Shown: positions 37,030 to 48,376 of the stretch, one piece after another | Layout of the letters: every line of letters starts with the position of its first letter | How positions within the stretch are numbered: position 1 is the stretch's first letter | DNA from: Phycisphaerales bacterium | GTDB taxonomy: Bacteria; Planctomycetota; Phycisphaerae; UBA1845; PWPN01 | Length of the DNA stretch: 64,000 nt | Assembly: GCA_012729595.1 (NCBI GenBank) | Contig: JAAYCU010000322.1 | Span: 5,859 to 69,858, forward strand | Direction of reading: 5' to 3' | The notes under the pieces: model-generated | What the model was told of the DNA's origin: nothing | Seen by the model: only the letters and a program-made list of their open reading frames with translations | Database searches by the model: none | Program-made: the position numbers and the translations under genes

Positions 37030-38022
37030 CTATCTGGGCATATTCAGCTCGGCGAAGGCTTGGCCGATGAACTGGACATCCTCCGGGCTGAGTCGGAGAG
37101 CGGCCGCGGCCGCGTTTTCCACCGCCTGCGCGGCGTTTCTTGCTCCGACTAGGGCGGTGGTGATCCCCTCCTGAGCAATGACCCAGGCGATGGCCAATTG
37201 CCCGAGCGTGGCTTTGTGCCGGTCCGCGAGCGGACGAATCGTTTCCAGGGTGTCCAGGATCCGCTTGCGGTTTTCCGGTTGGAACCATTGCTTACGGCTG
37301 CGGATGTCCGTCTCCGGAAACGTCCGGTCCATGGTCATCTTGCCGCTCAACAGGCCCAACGCCATCGGGCTGTAACAAATGACTCCGAGCCCGTGCTTTC
37401 GGCAAAATGGGAGCTCGTCTTTTTCGATCTCCCGGATCAGGGCGCTGTACATGATCTGATTGGAGACCACCGGGGCATGTTCCAGGGCGGCGGCCATCTG
37501 GCGGCTGTTGTAGTTCGATACGCCGATGTGCCGAATCTTGCCCTGCTGCTGAAGTTTGACCAGTGCGCCCATGGTTTCCTCGGCCGTCGCCGATTCGCTC
37601 GGGGTATGCACCTGGTACAGATCGATCACGTCGATATCCAGCCGCTTGAGGCTCTGCTCGCACTCGTGAATCACCGAGTCGGCCTTCAGGAAGCGGTGGG
37701 CAGTCACTTCGCCGCCGCCCGGCGCGGGCAGCGTGAAATGGTGTTCGCCTTCATCGATGTCCCAGCGAATTCCGCATTTGGTCAGGATTTTGAGCTTGTC
37801 GCGCTTCCCGCGAATGGCTTGGCCCACCACCGTCTCGCTGTGCCCGCGGCCGTAGATGGGGGCCGTGTCGATCGCGTCCACGCCGTGATCGATCGCGGCA
37901 TGGATGGCCTCGATCGCCTGCTGGTCGTCGGTCCCACCCCAGAACAACCCCCCGATCGCCCACGCTCCGAATGTCGCCACCGGCAATTCCAGATCGCTGG
38001 TTCCCAATCGACGATGTTCCAT
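37030..38022 (-). CDS. Aldo/keto reductase
   Basis: MEHRRLGTSDLELPVATFGAWAIGG...IDTAPIYGRGHSETVVGQAI...IRHIGVSNY are classic AKR blocks. Confidence 0.9.
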   Translation of the reverse strand: MEHRRLGTSDLELPVATFGAWAIGGLFWGGTDDQQAIEAIHAAIDHGVDAIDTAPIYGRGHSETVVGQAIRGKRDKLKILTKCGIRWDIDEGEHHFTLPAPGGGEVTAHRFLKADSVIHECEQSLKRLDIDVIDLYQVHTPSESATAEETMGALVKLQQQGKIRHIGVSNYNSRQMAAALEHAPVVSNQIMYSALIREIEKDELPFCRKHGLGVICYSPMALGLLSGKMTMDRTFPETDIRSRKQWFQPENRKRILDTLETIRPLADRHKATLGQLAIAWVIAQEGITTALVGARNAAQAVENAAAAALRLSPEDVQFIGQAFAELNMPR

Positions 38023-38288
38023 GATTCTGTTCCCATGCCGATTGACTTCACGCCCGTTCGCCTATAACCACATACACCCCAAGTATAGGCACCTGAACAC
38101 GCTTAACAACCGCCAGGATTTCTGTTACGATCCGCCGACCTGTAAGCACCGGTAACAAGAACACACTCGATGTCCGCCTGACGGATCGGGTGGTATAACG
38201 AAATCGTCATACCGTGGTCGAATAGGCAGTTTCACCGGCCGGGCACGTGGAGAATCTCGATGGTATTCGATGCCATACTGAGACCCTT

Positions 38289-38915
38289 ATGCATGTAATC
38301 TTAGTGATCGCAATTCCGTTACTCGTTGCCATTATATACCAGGGGTGGCGTTCCACACGCAAACGACAACTTTTCGTCCGCCGTTTATTCTGGTTTGAGC
38401 TTGCCGTATGGTTTGCCATATCCTGTTACGCCCTACTGAATGGAGCGTACTGGCTGCTCATCCTGATTACGATACCTTTTCTTGACTCCGCCAGGTCAAC
38501 TTTCCGCAAATCCAATGAAAAGGATTTGTTGCAGAATTTCGTGGACGATCCTCGCCATTGCGGCCAATGCGAATACGACCTGACCGGCAACGTCAGCGGA
38601 ACCTGTCCGGAGTGCGGCTGGAATATTCCGGATGAGAATACAATGATTGAAGATGACAATTGGACCAAGTGGTGGATAAAGTGGGAAATCGGCTATCTGG
38701 AACATCCACAAAAACAATTGCATTTTCATGCGTTGCTGGGCCTTGTATCTATCGCTATTGGTCCGTGGATTCTGCTGTCAGACCCTCATCATCCGTATTT
38801 CGGATATACTCTTTTCCTTGTCGCTCTGTTTGCCTTACTCTTTCTCAATTGCGCGATTAACACCATCCGCATCTGGGCCTACATCAAGAAACAGCGTGAC
38901 TCTTCCCCGGATTGA
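38289..38915 (+). CDS. Hypothetical integral membrane protein with a cytoplasmic CxxC...CxxC zinc-ribbon loop
   Basis: At least four hydrophobic helices. The central loop is HCGQCEYDLTGNVSGTCPECGW. The gene is clearly more AT-rich than its flanks (24 G+C in the 60 nt 38281-38340). The track ORF opens with GTG at 38247. Confidence 0.5.
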   Translation: MHVILVIAIPLLVAIIYQGWRSTRKRQLFVRRLFWFELAVWFAISCYALLNGAYWLLILITIPFLDSARSTFRKSNEKDLLQNFVDDPRHCGQCEYDLTGNVSGTCPECGWNIPDENTMIEDDNWTKWWIKWEIGYLEHPQKQLHFHALLGLVSIAIGPWILLSDPHHPYFGYTLFLVALFALLFLNCAINTIRIWAYIKKQRDSSPD

Positions 38916-39157
38916 GCCGCTTGGGCAACTCGCGTCGGGCCTTGCTTGTAACCGACGATCGTTATCGAGCACAAGAACGCGAAAACAATCCCGCCCCACC
39001 CGTGGCTACAATCCGCGGCCCCGCCGGGGCCAAAGGGGCGCTGCCGCAATGATGGTCATGCAGAGTCACCGGCCGAGCGGCTGGTCTTACCCGGCCTTGC
39101 GCGTTAAGATTCGTCAGATAATCTTGGGGTGCGCATGCGGTTACTGATCGAGGAATC

Positions 39158-40729
39158 ATGATGAAAAAATGTACTCTGCTTCTGGGGCTGTTTCTTCTTC
39201 CGGTCTCAATGATCCAGGCTTCCTTCGACGTCAACGATCCGCCGATGGGTGTATTTTCCGACGAGTGGTACGCGGTCATGTTCAAGGGGCAGAAAAGCGG
39301 GCACATGCATTCGACCATGGAACGCCAAAAAGGAAAGTCCGGCGATGTGGTCGTATCGACCATCACCATGCGTCTGGAGATGGGGCGTGGGGGTACGCCG
39401 GTGGTGGTCTCTATGAAGCAAAGCAGCACGGAAACCCTCAAGGGCGAACCGGTCGCCTTTTCCAATGTGCTCCGATTAGGCAACGTCCCCACCACGAGCC
39501 GCGGCACGATCAAGGATGGCGAGGTCAAGATCATGACCACCCAGTTTGGCCGCTCGACCACGCAGACCTACGCTCTGCCCAAAGGGGCCACCATGAACTG
39601 GGGCAGCATGCTGGCCCAGGTCCGTAACGGCATCGAGCCGGGCACAAGCTACGAGATCGGTCTTTACGAGCCGAGCATGGCCCCGGACCGATTGATCCCG
39701 GTGAAGGTCGAGATGCTCGAACGGGAGACGATCGATCTTTTCGGACGCAAGATTGAGGCGGTCAAATCCAGGCAGGTTATGACCGTCCAGGGCGTACTCG
39801 GCGGAGCCGGTGAAATGGAAACCATTGCCTGGTTGGCCGACAAGACCACCGCCGCCCGCATGGAAATGTCCATCATGAATTTCCAGATCGAGGTCGTTGC
39901 TTGCAGCAAGGCGGTAGCCTTGGCCCCCAACGATCCCGCCGAGCTGATGCTCGATACCCTGATCCCGGTCGAGATGCCCATCCCTCCTGAGCGAGCCCGG
40001 TCGATCACGTACCGGATCCGCCAGAAGAACGGTGAGGAACAGGCCGCCCTGGAGCATCTGCCGGAAACCGCCATTCAGAAAATTGACAGCGTAAATAAAA
40101 ATGAAGTAGTAATTACAGTTGCCCGGCCGTCGGCGCACAAGACGCCGCCCCCCGCAAGTACTCTGACCGAACAGGATCGCGAGCTCTACCTGGCGGCCAC
40201 GTCCTTGGTGGATTACAAAGACCCGGAAGTGGCCAAGCTGGTCAAAGAGGCCGCCGGCGACGAAAAAGACCCTCGCAAGCTGGCCGAAAGGCTCTGCCGG
40301 TTCGTCGGCCAATACGTACGGAGTAAAACGTTGAGCGTGGGTTTTGCCACGGCCAGTGAGGTCGCCCGCAGCCGGGAAGGCGATTGCACGGAGCATAGCG
40401 TTCTATTAGCCGCCATGGGCCGCGGGGTAGGCATCCCCACCCGCCTGGTTACGGGGATCGTGTACACCGATAATTTCGAAAATCGCCGACACGTCTTTGT
40501 CGGGCATATGTGGACGCAGTTCTGGATCGATGGCCAGTGGGTAGACCTGGATCCGGCTCTGCGGCAGACGGACGTGGACCCGACGCATATCGCTTTCGGG
40601 CTCAGCGGTGCGGGGGATACGGGCGTGGCGGACATGACCAGCTCCTTCTGGTTGGCCATGGGTAACCTCGAAATCGCCATCCTGGCCACTGATCCACCCA
40701 CTGCCACGCCGGCCGAGACCCAGCCCTGA
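39158..40729 (+). CDS. Secreted transglutaminase-like (cysteine protease fold) domain protein
   Basis: Signal peptide MMKKCTLLLGLFLLPVSMIQA. The transglutaminase core is SREGDCTEHSVLLAAMGRGVGIPTRLVTGIVY...FVGHMWTQFWIDGQWVDLDP (Cys-His-Asp arrangement). Confidence 0.8.
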   Translation: MMKKCTLLLGLFLLPVSMIQASFDVNDPPMGVFSDEWYAVMFKGQKSGHMHSTMERQKGKSGDVVVSTITMRLEMGRGGTPVVVSMKQSSTETLKGEPVAFSNVLRLGNVPTTSRGTIKDGEVKIMTTQFGRSTTQTYALPKGATMNWGSMLAQVRNGIEPGTSYEIGLYEPSMAPDRLIPVKVEMLERETIDLFGRKIEAVKSRQVMTVQGVLGGAGEMETIAWLADKTTAARMEMSIMNFQIEVVACSKAVALAPNDPAELMLDTLIPVEMPIPPERARSITYRIRQKNGEEQAALEHLPETAIQKIDSVNKNEVVITVARPSAHKTPPPASTLTEQDRELYLAATSLVDYKDPEVAKLVKEAAGDEKDPRKLAERLCRFVGQYVRSKTLSVGFATASEVARSREGDCTEHSVLLAAMGRGVGIPTRLVTGIVYTDNFENRRHVFVGHMWTQFWIDGQWVDLDPALRQTDVDPTHIAFGLSGAGDTGVADMTSSFWLAMGNLEIAILATDPPTATPAETQP

Positions 40730-40902
40730 CACTTGGCGGGCCCGGGGTTCCCGCGTTGACGCTGGGCATCTATCGTGGTAAACATAACACTGGCTTATGG
40801 GGCCGCAACCTCCGGTTTTTGCATGGTTTAGCCGGGGCGGCGGAAGGGACCGTCGAGCGCAACGCGGGCGGTCATGGCAAGATTCATTCACCCTCCTATT
40901 TG

Positions 40903-43008
40903 ATGGCGGAGTGTTCCGTGAAAGTCAAGAGTTCTGTTGTTCCGATCATCCTGGCCGTGGTTGCGGTAGTGATGGCCTTGGGGGTCAATGCTTGGTTGAA
41001 TAAGCAATTGGTTCCGGCCGATGTTTGCTTGGCTGAGCAGATCGATGCCGAAGTCAATAAAGCGCAGAGTATGATCATGGCATACGATCCTTCGGCAAGC
41101 CGGATGCTGGCTCTGCTTAAACCTTCACTCGATCCCCAAATACCCGACACCGAGATCGCCGCCCTTGCCGAATCGGAAGCCGAATTGTCCTTGCCTGCCC
41201 CTCATGAGCAAGATGAGTACATTGAGCTTCTTCATCGCAACGAAATATTACTGAGTGACGCCTTGGCCATCGTCAACCGGGCCGTCCAAATGGGGCCGGT
41301 CCAGGTCGGCGATAGGACCTACAGCGGCAACATGCATCCGGCCGCCACGCGTTTGCAGACCATATTGATTTATAACCTGGCCGACCTGAAACGCCGCGAG
41401 GCCGCGATCTATCAGGCGAAGACGGCGGATGAGCGAGATCGTTTTTTTCGGGTCTACGAGCGCTGGTTGAATGTACAGGCCCGACTCCGCTCGACGGTCA
41501 GCAAGTTGACCACGGACTTGGAGCCCGCTCCCATTAGGCCCCCAACCGCTCAACACGACGGGGGTGGCGCGATCAAGCAACTGCTCAGTCAAGTTATGTC
41601 CCCCGCCTTGAAGGAACAACCGGAGGCGGACGCGACCGAAGAATCCGTCCTGTTCGTGCAGGGCGATCCTCAATCGGTAGCGGCTGACCTGTTCGTGGAC
41701 CAAAAGCTGCCGACAATAGATCAACGGATCGCGGAGTTACAGAGCCTTAGGCAAGAGCGGCTGGCTCGGATTTCCGAAACGGAGCAGCAGGTCGAGCATC
41801 TCGCCGGCATTACCGCGCAGCTTAGCGAAAAAATCGAGGCCCTGAATACAGAAGCCAGGGAAGCCGAGCTGCGCATGATGGCCTTGCGCGAGGCCGGTAT
41901 CGATCCGACCGATGGACAATCCCTGCAACAATTCGTTGAGCAATATAACACGGCGGCGATAACCGCTCGCCAGGCCCGGCGCGAAGCCGAGGTTCTCCAG
42001 AAAGGGTCGATCCTGAATGCCAGGCCGGACTCCGACGAAGAGGAAGACTGGCCACGCGTACCCTTAGCGCCGGTAGATCCCAGCCAGACTATGGAACCGG
42101 TGCGCGGCTTGGTGGCCTACGAAGGTGATCTGCTGGCGGCCAGGGCTCTGCTGGAAACAAGCCGGACCTTGCTCGCCACGATCGATACTCAGATAGCGGA
42201 ACTAACCCAATTAAAGCAGATGACGCATGCGCTGGTGGCCAGTATGACCGATACCGATCGGCAACTTAAGGAACAGGCTCTCCGTCATGTGCACCGTACG
42301 GTCGAACTTGCCACGCTGGCCGCACGACTGGAGCAGGAGGCCGTAAGCCTGCTAAATGAACAAGGCGCCCGCGCCGCCCAGAACGCCATCCGATCGGCCG
42401 CCCAACTGCAAAACGATACCAGGACTTTCATCACTAACCGTGAAAACAAGCCCAACCATCCCAACGCTCAGGTTCTGAGCAGTCTGGCGAACGATCGTAC
42501 CCAAGCCGGTTATGCCGAAGTCTTAAAAGGCGATATGGAATACTGTCTGGCCGTCATTCGGGCCCAGATCGCCGCCGGTTGCCGGGATCATGTTCGGATA
42601 CTGGAACGGGCGACGGCCATGGGGCTCGAAATAAAACCGGACACGCTTACGGCCTCGGCTGAAGCCGGTTCGGAACCCGCCCCCGAATCCATACCCGTTT
42701 GGGTATACGATGCGGGCAAGGCCATGGCCATGGCGAAAGAGGAATCGGCTAAAGCTCTGCAATCCGCAAATCAGGCTCTGGAGATATACCAAGGAGCGAG
42801 TGATCCGCTCAAGCAGGTCTGGGTACTGCATACCAACATCGCGGCGGTCAGGCACTTGCTCGCTCGGCTGAGCCCGGATCTTAATCGTCAACAGGAAAAC
42901 CGACGGCTGGCTCTCGAAAAATACGCCTTATCGATACAGGATCGTACCAATCGTCCGGAGGCCCTCTTGTATAGCCGTATCATCGACTATCTCACGGCCA
43001 ACCCATGA
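40903..43008 (+). CDS. Membrane-anchored long coiled-coil protein (hypothetical, about 700 aa)
   Basis: Start MAECSVKVKSSVVPIILAVVAVVMALGVNAW (one TM helix). The rest is Ala/Glu/Gln/Leu/Arg-rich with heptad character. No enzymatic motif was seen. The track ORF opens at 40756. Confidence 0.55.
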   Translation: MAECSVKVKSSVVPIILAVVAVVMALGVNAWLNKQLVPADVCLAEQIDAEVNKAQSMIMAYDPSASRMLALLKPSLDPQIPDTEIAALAESEAELSLPAPHEQDEYIELLHRNEILLSDALAIVNRAVQMGPVQVGDRTYSGNMHPAATRLQTILIYNLADLKRREAAIYQAKTADERDRFFRVYERWLNVQARLRSTVSKLTTDLEPAPIRPPTAQHDGGGAIKQLLSQVMSPALKEQPEADATEESVLFVQGDPQSVAADLFVDQKLPTIDQRIAELQSLRQERLARISETEQQVEHLAGITAQLSEKIEALNTEAREAELRMMALREAGIDPTDGQSLQQFVEQYNTAAITARQARREAEVLQKGSILNARPDSDEEEDWPRVPLAPVDPSQTMEPVRGLVAYEGDLLAARALLETSRTLLATIDTQIAELTQLKQMTHALVASMTDTDRQLKEQALRHVHRTVELATLAARLEQEAVSLLNEQGARAAQNAIRSAAQLQNDTRTFITNRENKPNHPNAQVLSSLANDRTQAGYAEVLKGDMEYCLAVIRAQIAAGCRDHVRILERATAMGLEIKPDTLTASAEAGSEPAPESIPVWVYDAGKAMAMAKEESAKALQSANQALEIYQGASDPLKQVWVLHTNIAAVRHLLARLSPDLNRQQENRRLALEKYALSIQDRTNRPEALLYSRIIDYLTANP

Positions 43009-43300
43009 TCCCCGGCAGCGCGCGAGACCGTCAGGGTACGAGGGATTGCCCGGCGGCCGAGACCAAGATGAGTTCCTTACCCTGAAACCCAACGTTTGGC
43101 GATTCCAGCCCCAGGCGGTAACCGCACTCTATCGTGGAGTGTTGAAATCCAGCCCCATCCTTTCGCAATAGCACGTGATTCATCGTGGCCTTGACGGATA
43201 GCGTTGGCCAAGGTCTGTTGTACAGGTGCCCAAGTACCGGTTTCGCCATCGGGCCGCTCATCGCGCAACTGCCACATGACCCTTTTCGGCCGACCATGCC

Positions 43301-44302
43301 CTATGCTTTCTTTGCGAGCATCTCCTGGTTGACCACATGATGGGCCGAACGCCCCTCGACGAAGGCCGTAATATCCGCCAGGATGCGCTGGCGTATGGCC
43401 CAGCCCGATTCCTCCGAAGCCCATCCGATATGCGGCGTCAGTATCGCATTCTCCAGGTCGAAGAGCGGGTATGAGGTTGGCGGAGGCTCGATATCGTACA
43501 CATCGACAGCCGCCCCGGCGATCACCTTGTCCCGTAGGGCCTCGGCCAGGGCGTCTTGATCGACCACCGGTCCACGCGACGTGTTCACCAGATACGCGGT
43601 AGGCTTCATCAGCCGAAGCGTTTGCGCGTTTATCATATGGCGGGTATCGTCGGTCAACGGCGTGTGCAGGCTGAGCAGGTCCGCGCTACGATACAGCGTC
43701 TCCTTGTCCACGAATTCGATTCCGATTTCCGACTTGCGCCGTTCATCGAGATATGGATCGTTGCCGATAATTCGCAAGCCGAAGGATTTCAACTTGGCGG
43801 CCACCCGACTGCCGATCCGCCCCACGCCGATTATGCCCAGCGTCTTGCCCTCCATGCGGTAGATGGGAAACAGATTGGAAAAATCCCATTGCCCGCTGCC
43901 ACTGGCTTGCTCAAGGTTTATTTGACTGCGGGGCAGTTTGCGGGCACAGGCGAATAGCAGCGTGATCGCGTGCTCGGCTACGTCCTCCACGCAATAATCG
44001 GGCTGATAGGCGAATGGGATGCCGTGCTTAGTGCAGGCCGCCACGTCCACGTTGTCATACCCGCTGCCGTGCCGGATCAGCAGCCGGCATTTGGGCATCC
44101 TCGCGATCACCGATTCGGGCATGGTCAGCATGTTGACCACGATGATGTCGGCGTCCTGAAGTTTCGCGATCACCTCGCTTTCAGGCCGATCTTTGAGCTG
44201 ATAGCAAGCGAAGTCAATACCGGCCCGGGATAGTTGTTCCGCTTCCCAGTCAAGATCGTCCTCGATGTAGTCCGTAACCACCACCTTGAGTCTTTGGGCC
44301 AT
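43301..44302 (-). CDS. D-isomer-specific 2-hydroxyacid dehydrogenase family protein
   Basis: NAD-binding block GKTLGIIGVGRIGSRVAAKL, then NTSRGPVVDQDALAEAL and AAVDVYDIEPP, with the catalytic His context LTPHIGWAS. Confidence 0.85.
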   Translation of the reverse strand: MAQRLKVVVTDYIEDDLDWEAEQLSRAGIDFACYQLKDRPESEVIAKLQDADIIVVNMLTMPESVIARMPKCRLLIRHGSGYDNVDVAACTKHGIPFAYQPDYCVEDVAEHAITLLFACARKLPRSQINLEQASGSGQWDFSNLFPIYRMEGKTLGIIGVGRIGSRVAAKLKSFGLRIIGNDPYLDERRKSEIGIEFVDKETLYRSADLLSLHTPLTDDTRHMINAQTLRLMKPTAYLVNTSRGPVVDQDALAEALRDKVIAGAAVDVYDIEPPPTSYPLFDLENAILTPHIGWASEESGWAIRQRILADITAFVEGRSAHHVVNQEMLAKKA

Positions 44303-44742
44303 GATGTAACCCCCATATTATCCGCGGAAGAGTCCAAGTTCCGGCGAGGTCAACTCCATCAATGCTCTTGCTTGCCAGGCATAACGGCCATCTCGACACC
44401 ATGCCAAGGCCGACGCAATATCGCCACGCCTCGGCAACACTGTATCACTATTTCCTTACCCGACAAGGGTTACTGCTCGTCGGAATCCGGGGCCGCCATG
44501 TGTGTCGTTCTAGACGTTTGTTGGTCTTGGTCCTGCGCTCGGGCTGAATGAAGCATTTCACCGCTGGGCATTACACGATTCGTGACCATATTGGAGGCGA
44601 GCCTGAGGCGGCCGCCCGCTCCCGCGCGGCCAAGCGGCCGGGGAGGAAGTCGAAACAGCCAGATTAATTGGGAGCGGATCCCCGGAATATTAGAATATGC
44701 TATTGATTATTGCGATGATATTGGATCATGCGCTGGCTCTCT

Positions 44743-45648
44743 CTAATCAAATGTAAGCTTTAACCCGTCATGCGGAATTAACATTCCTTGCCGCAGCATT
44801 TCGGGATGTATCTTGTCATACGGGGCAACATAGTGGAGGCTCAGATGAGTCAGTGCGTAAATGCCTTCTGGTTTTAGAATATTCTTCTTGATTAAATGCT
44901 CCCGAATTAACGCATTGAAATGGAAGTTCATATGCGTTATCAGGTATGCTGCTTCCGTCTCAGGTCCAAACGTTGCTTCCACAATGGCAATATCAAGTTT
45001 TTTGTTTTGAAGAGCAAAAAAGGTTCTCGCCGGAAACCACGTGGTATCCGTGGCATACAGCACGCTCCGCCCATTTCTGGTCAGCGTATAAAGCAGGCAT
45101 TCCTCATGAGTCGCCGCATGGTTTGCGGCCAGCGATGTGCATTGCCATTCGCCGGCCACAAAGTCCTGGAAGGCATTGATTGCCGTAACGGTCAGGGCGA
45201 TATCTGTCTCCAAGGATTCAATATGCTGCTTGATGAGATGAACAACCGTTGAATTCCCGAATACCGATAAAGGTTGAGCATCCCCACGGGCGGCAATCAG
45301 CTCCATAAGAGCGGATACGTTAAAATGATCGCTGTGCGAATGAGTGAATAGGAGATAGTTAATGTCCCGGGGATGGATCCCACACTCTTCGAGGCTTGTC
45401 ATTCCGGTAATGCTGAAATCTATCACGACACCGGGATGTGCATAGAGCGATGAATACCTGCGTTTATTCCTGCCGCCTTCAGCACGAGTATAGCTGCAGT
45501 TCTTGCATTCGCAGTGGTCAGGTCTGTGGATGTCGGCCGCGCCAGTGCCCAGATACTGAACATACGGCGCGTCTTCATGCGCTGATGCCGGAGCGGCTGC
45601 TATATACAACGATAGAGTATACGACACAATCTTCATCGCGTAATACAT
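44743..45648 (-). CDS. Secreted metallo-beta-lactamase-fold hydrolase, PhnP/PqqB-like
   Basis: Signal-like N-terminus MKIVSYTLSLYIAAAPASA. MBL motif: LLFTHSHSDH. N-terminal CxCxxC cluster: HCECKNCSY, as in the PhnP/PqqB structural metal site. The gene is AT-rich (20 G+C in the 60 nt 44881-44940). Confidence 0.65.
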   Translation of the reverse strand: MYYAMKIVSYTLSLYIAAAPASAHEDAPYVQYLGTGAADIHRPDHCECKNCSYTRAEGGRNKRRYSSLYAHPGVVIDFSITGMTSLEECGIHPRDINYLLFTHSHSDHFNVSALMELIAARGDAQPLSVFGNSTVVHLIKQHIESLETDIALTVTAINAFQDFVAGEWQCTSLAANHAATHEECLLYTLTRNGRSVLYATDTTWFPARTFFALQNKKLDIAIVEATFGPETEAAYLITHMNFHFNALIREHLIKKNILKPEGIYALTHLSLHYVAPYDKIHPEMLRQGMLIPHDGLKLTFD

Positions 45649-45744
45649 GCCGTATTATTCTCCTTCGATTAACTCGGGGATTCATTCGAGGGACATTATG
45701 CCAATATCGTGACTGCACGTAAAAGCGGTTTTTATAATGGGCTC

Positions 45745-46122
45745 ATGGCTCGCATCGCACGCGTGGTTGTTCCGGGTTATCCGCATCATATTACCCAGCT
45801 TACCCAGCGGGGGAATCGTCGGCAACAGGCGTTCTTCTGCGAGGAGGACTATGTCGCCTACCTGGATTTAATGGCCGACTGGTGTGGGCGATGCGGGGTA
45901 GAAATCTGGGCCTACTGCCTGATGCCCAATCATATTCATCTGATCGCCGTGCCCACGTCGGGGGACCGCCTGCGGCACCATGAAAGCACCGGTCGCCCCT
46001 TGGGTACCCCGGATTTCCTCGCCCGCATCGAGCTCATCATCAACCGCGTCCTTAAACCTCGTCAACCAGGCCGAAAACCCAAAACCAAAGCGAATTATGT
46101 ATGTGGTGCCCCTGGGTTGACT
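45745..46122 (+). pseudogene. Decayed IS200-like / REP-associated tyrosine transposase (RayT-type) gene remnant
   Basis: MARIARVVVPGYPHHITQLTQRGNRRQQAFFCEEDYVAYLDLMADWCGRCGVEIWAYCLMPNHIHLIAVP retains the HUH motif (HIH, 45931-45939). It then jumps straight to the family's C-terminal block RHHESTGRPLG...PRQPGRKPK. The central part that carries the catalytic Tyr helix is missing. There is a 9-nt in-frame tandem duplication at 45793-45810. No stop precedes the next ORF. Confidence 0.6.
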
Positions 46123-46572
46123 ATGCTAAACGACGTTGTTCCATGGAGGTTAATGCTACTCTTAGTCGTCGTCTTCTTGATTGCTGTATTAGCATATTAT
46201 CCGTCTTGGTACAGAAGGAAAGTCGCCATTCGGAAGATGGCCACAAGAGATCGAATAGATATCCGCATAGAATGGATGCAATTAGCAAAGGATCGAAACT
46301 TGCCCGTAGACGAAGTGGAGAGGATCTGGTGCACTCTTGCTTCGCACTACCGCATTCCGGCCGACATCGTACGATGCACAGATAGACTATCGGGTGTCCT
46401 CGGCGATATTACTTCGCACCCTGACTATGATGTGTGCTTATTAAATATCTTTCTTCGCGATCGGCTCGCTGCTCAAGAAACTCTTGCGGAGGTTGCACGC
46501 TGGGAGGATCTAGTTGTTGCAGTGTTCATTCTTGAGCAGAGGCATGGTATGAAGCTTGAGCTTGAAGACTGA
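46123..46572 (+). CDS. Small membrane-anchored hypothetical protein (149 aa) read in frame with the transposase remnant
   Basis: The internal Met at 46123 opens MLNDVVPWRLMLLLVVVFLIAVLAYYPSWYRRK, a TM helix followed by basic residues. The region is AT-rich (23 G+C in 46141-46200). No family was recognised. It may be independent or a fusion artefact of the 287-aa track ORF. Confidence 0.4.
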   Translation: MLNDVVPWRLMLLLVVVFLIAVLAYYPSWYRRKVAIRKMATRDRIDIRIEWMQLAKDRNLPVDEVERIWCTLASHYRIPADIVRCTDRLSGVLGDITSHPDYDVCLLNIFLRDRLAAQETLAEVARWEDLVVAVFILEQRHGMKLELED

Positions 46573-46623
46573 GAAGGGCCAGGTTGAAAGACCGAGGCGG
46601 GCGAGGCAACCTGCTGCGGGCTG

Positions 46624-46668
46624 GTAAAATAAAATCGGCCAACCCCGGAACGTTGGGATCGGCCGATT
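46624..46668 (-). terminator. Rho-independent terminator of groEL
   Basis: On the minus strand: AATCGGCC (comp. 46668-46661), a 20-nt partially paired interior, GGCCGATT (comp. 46640-46633), then TTTATTTTACC. It begins about 24 nt after the groEL stop (46692-46694). Confidence 0.6.
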
Positions 46669-46691
46669 GGTTATATGGAAACGCCGCGCGA

Positions 46692-48329
<1,638 letters not shown>

Positions 48330-48376
48330 GTATGGCCTCCGTTATGATGTTTCGTTCAAAAAACATGTCCCAACCA

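Noticed and set aside
43031-43297. 88-aa minus-strand ORF immediately downstream of the dehydrogenase gene
   Set aside because: There is no recognisable motif, the composition is odd and the third-position G+C is ambiguous. It lies in the convergent spacer where terminators are expected.
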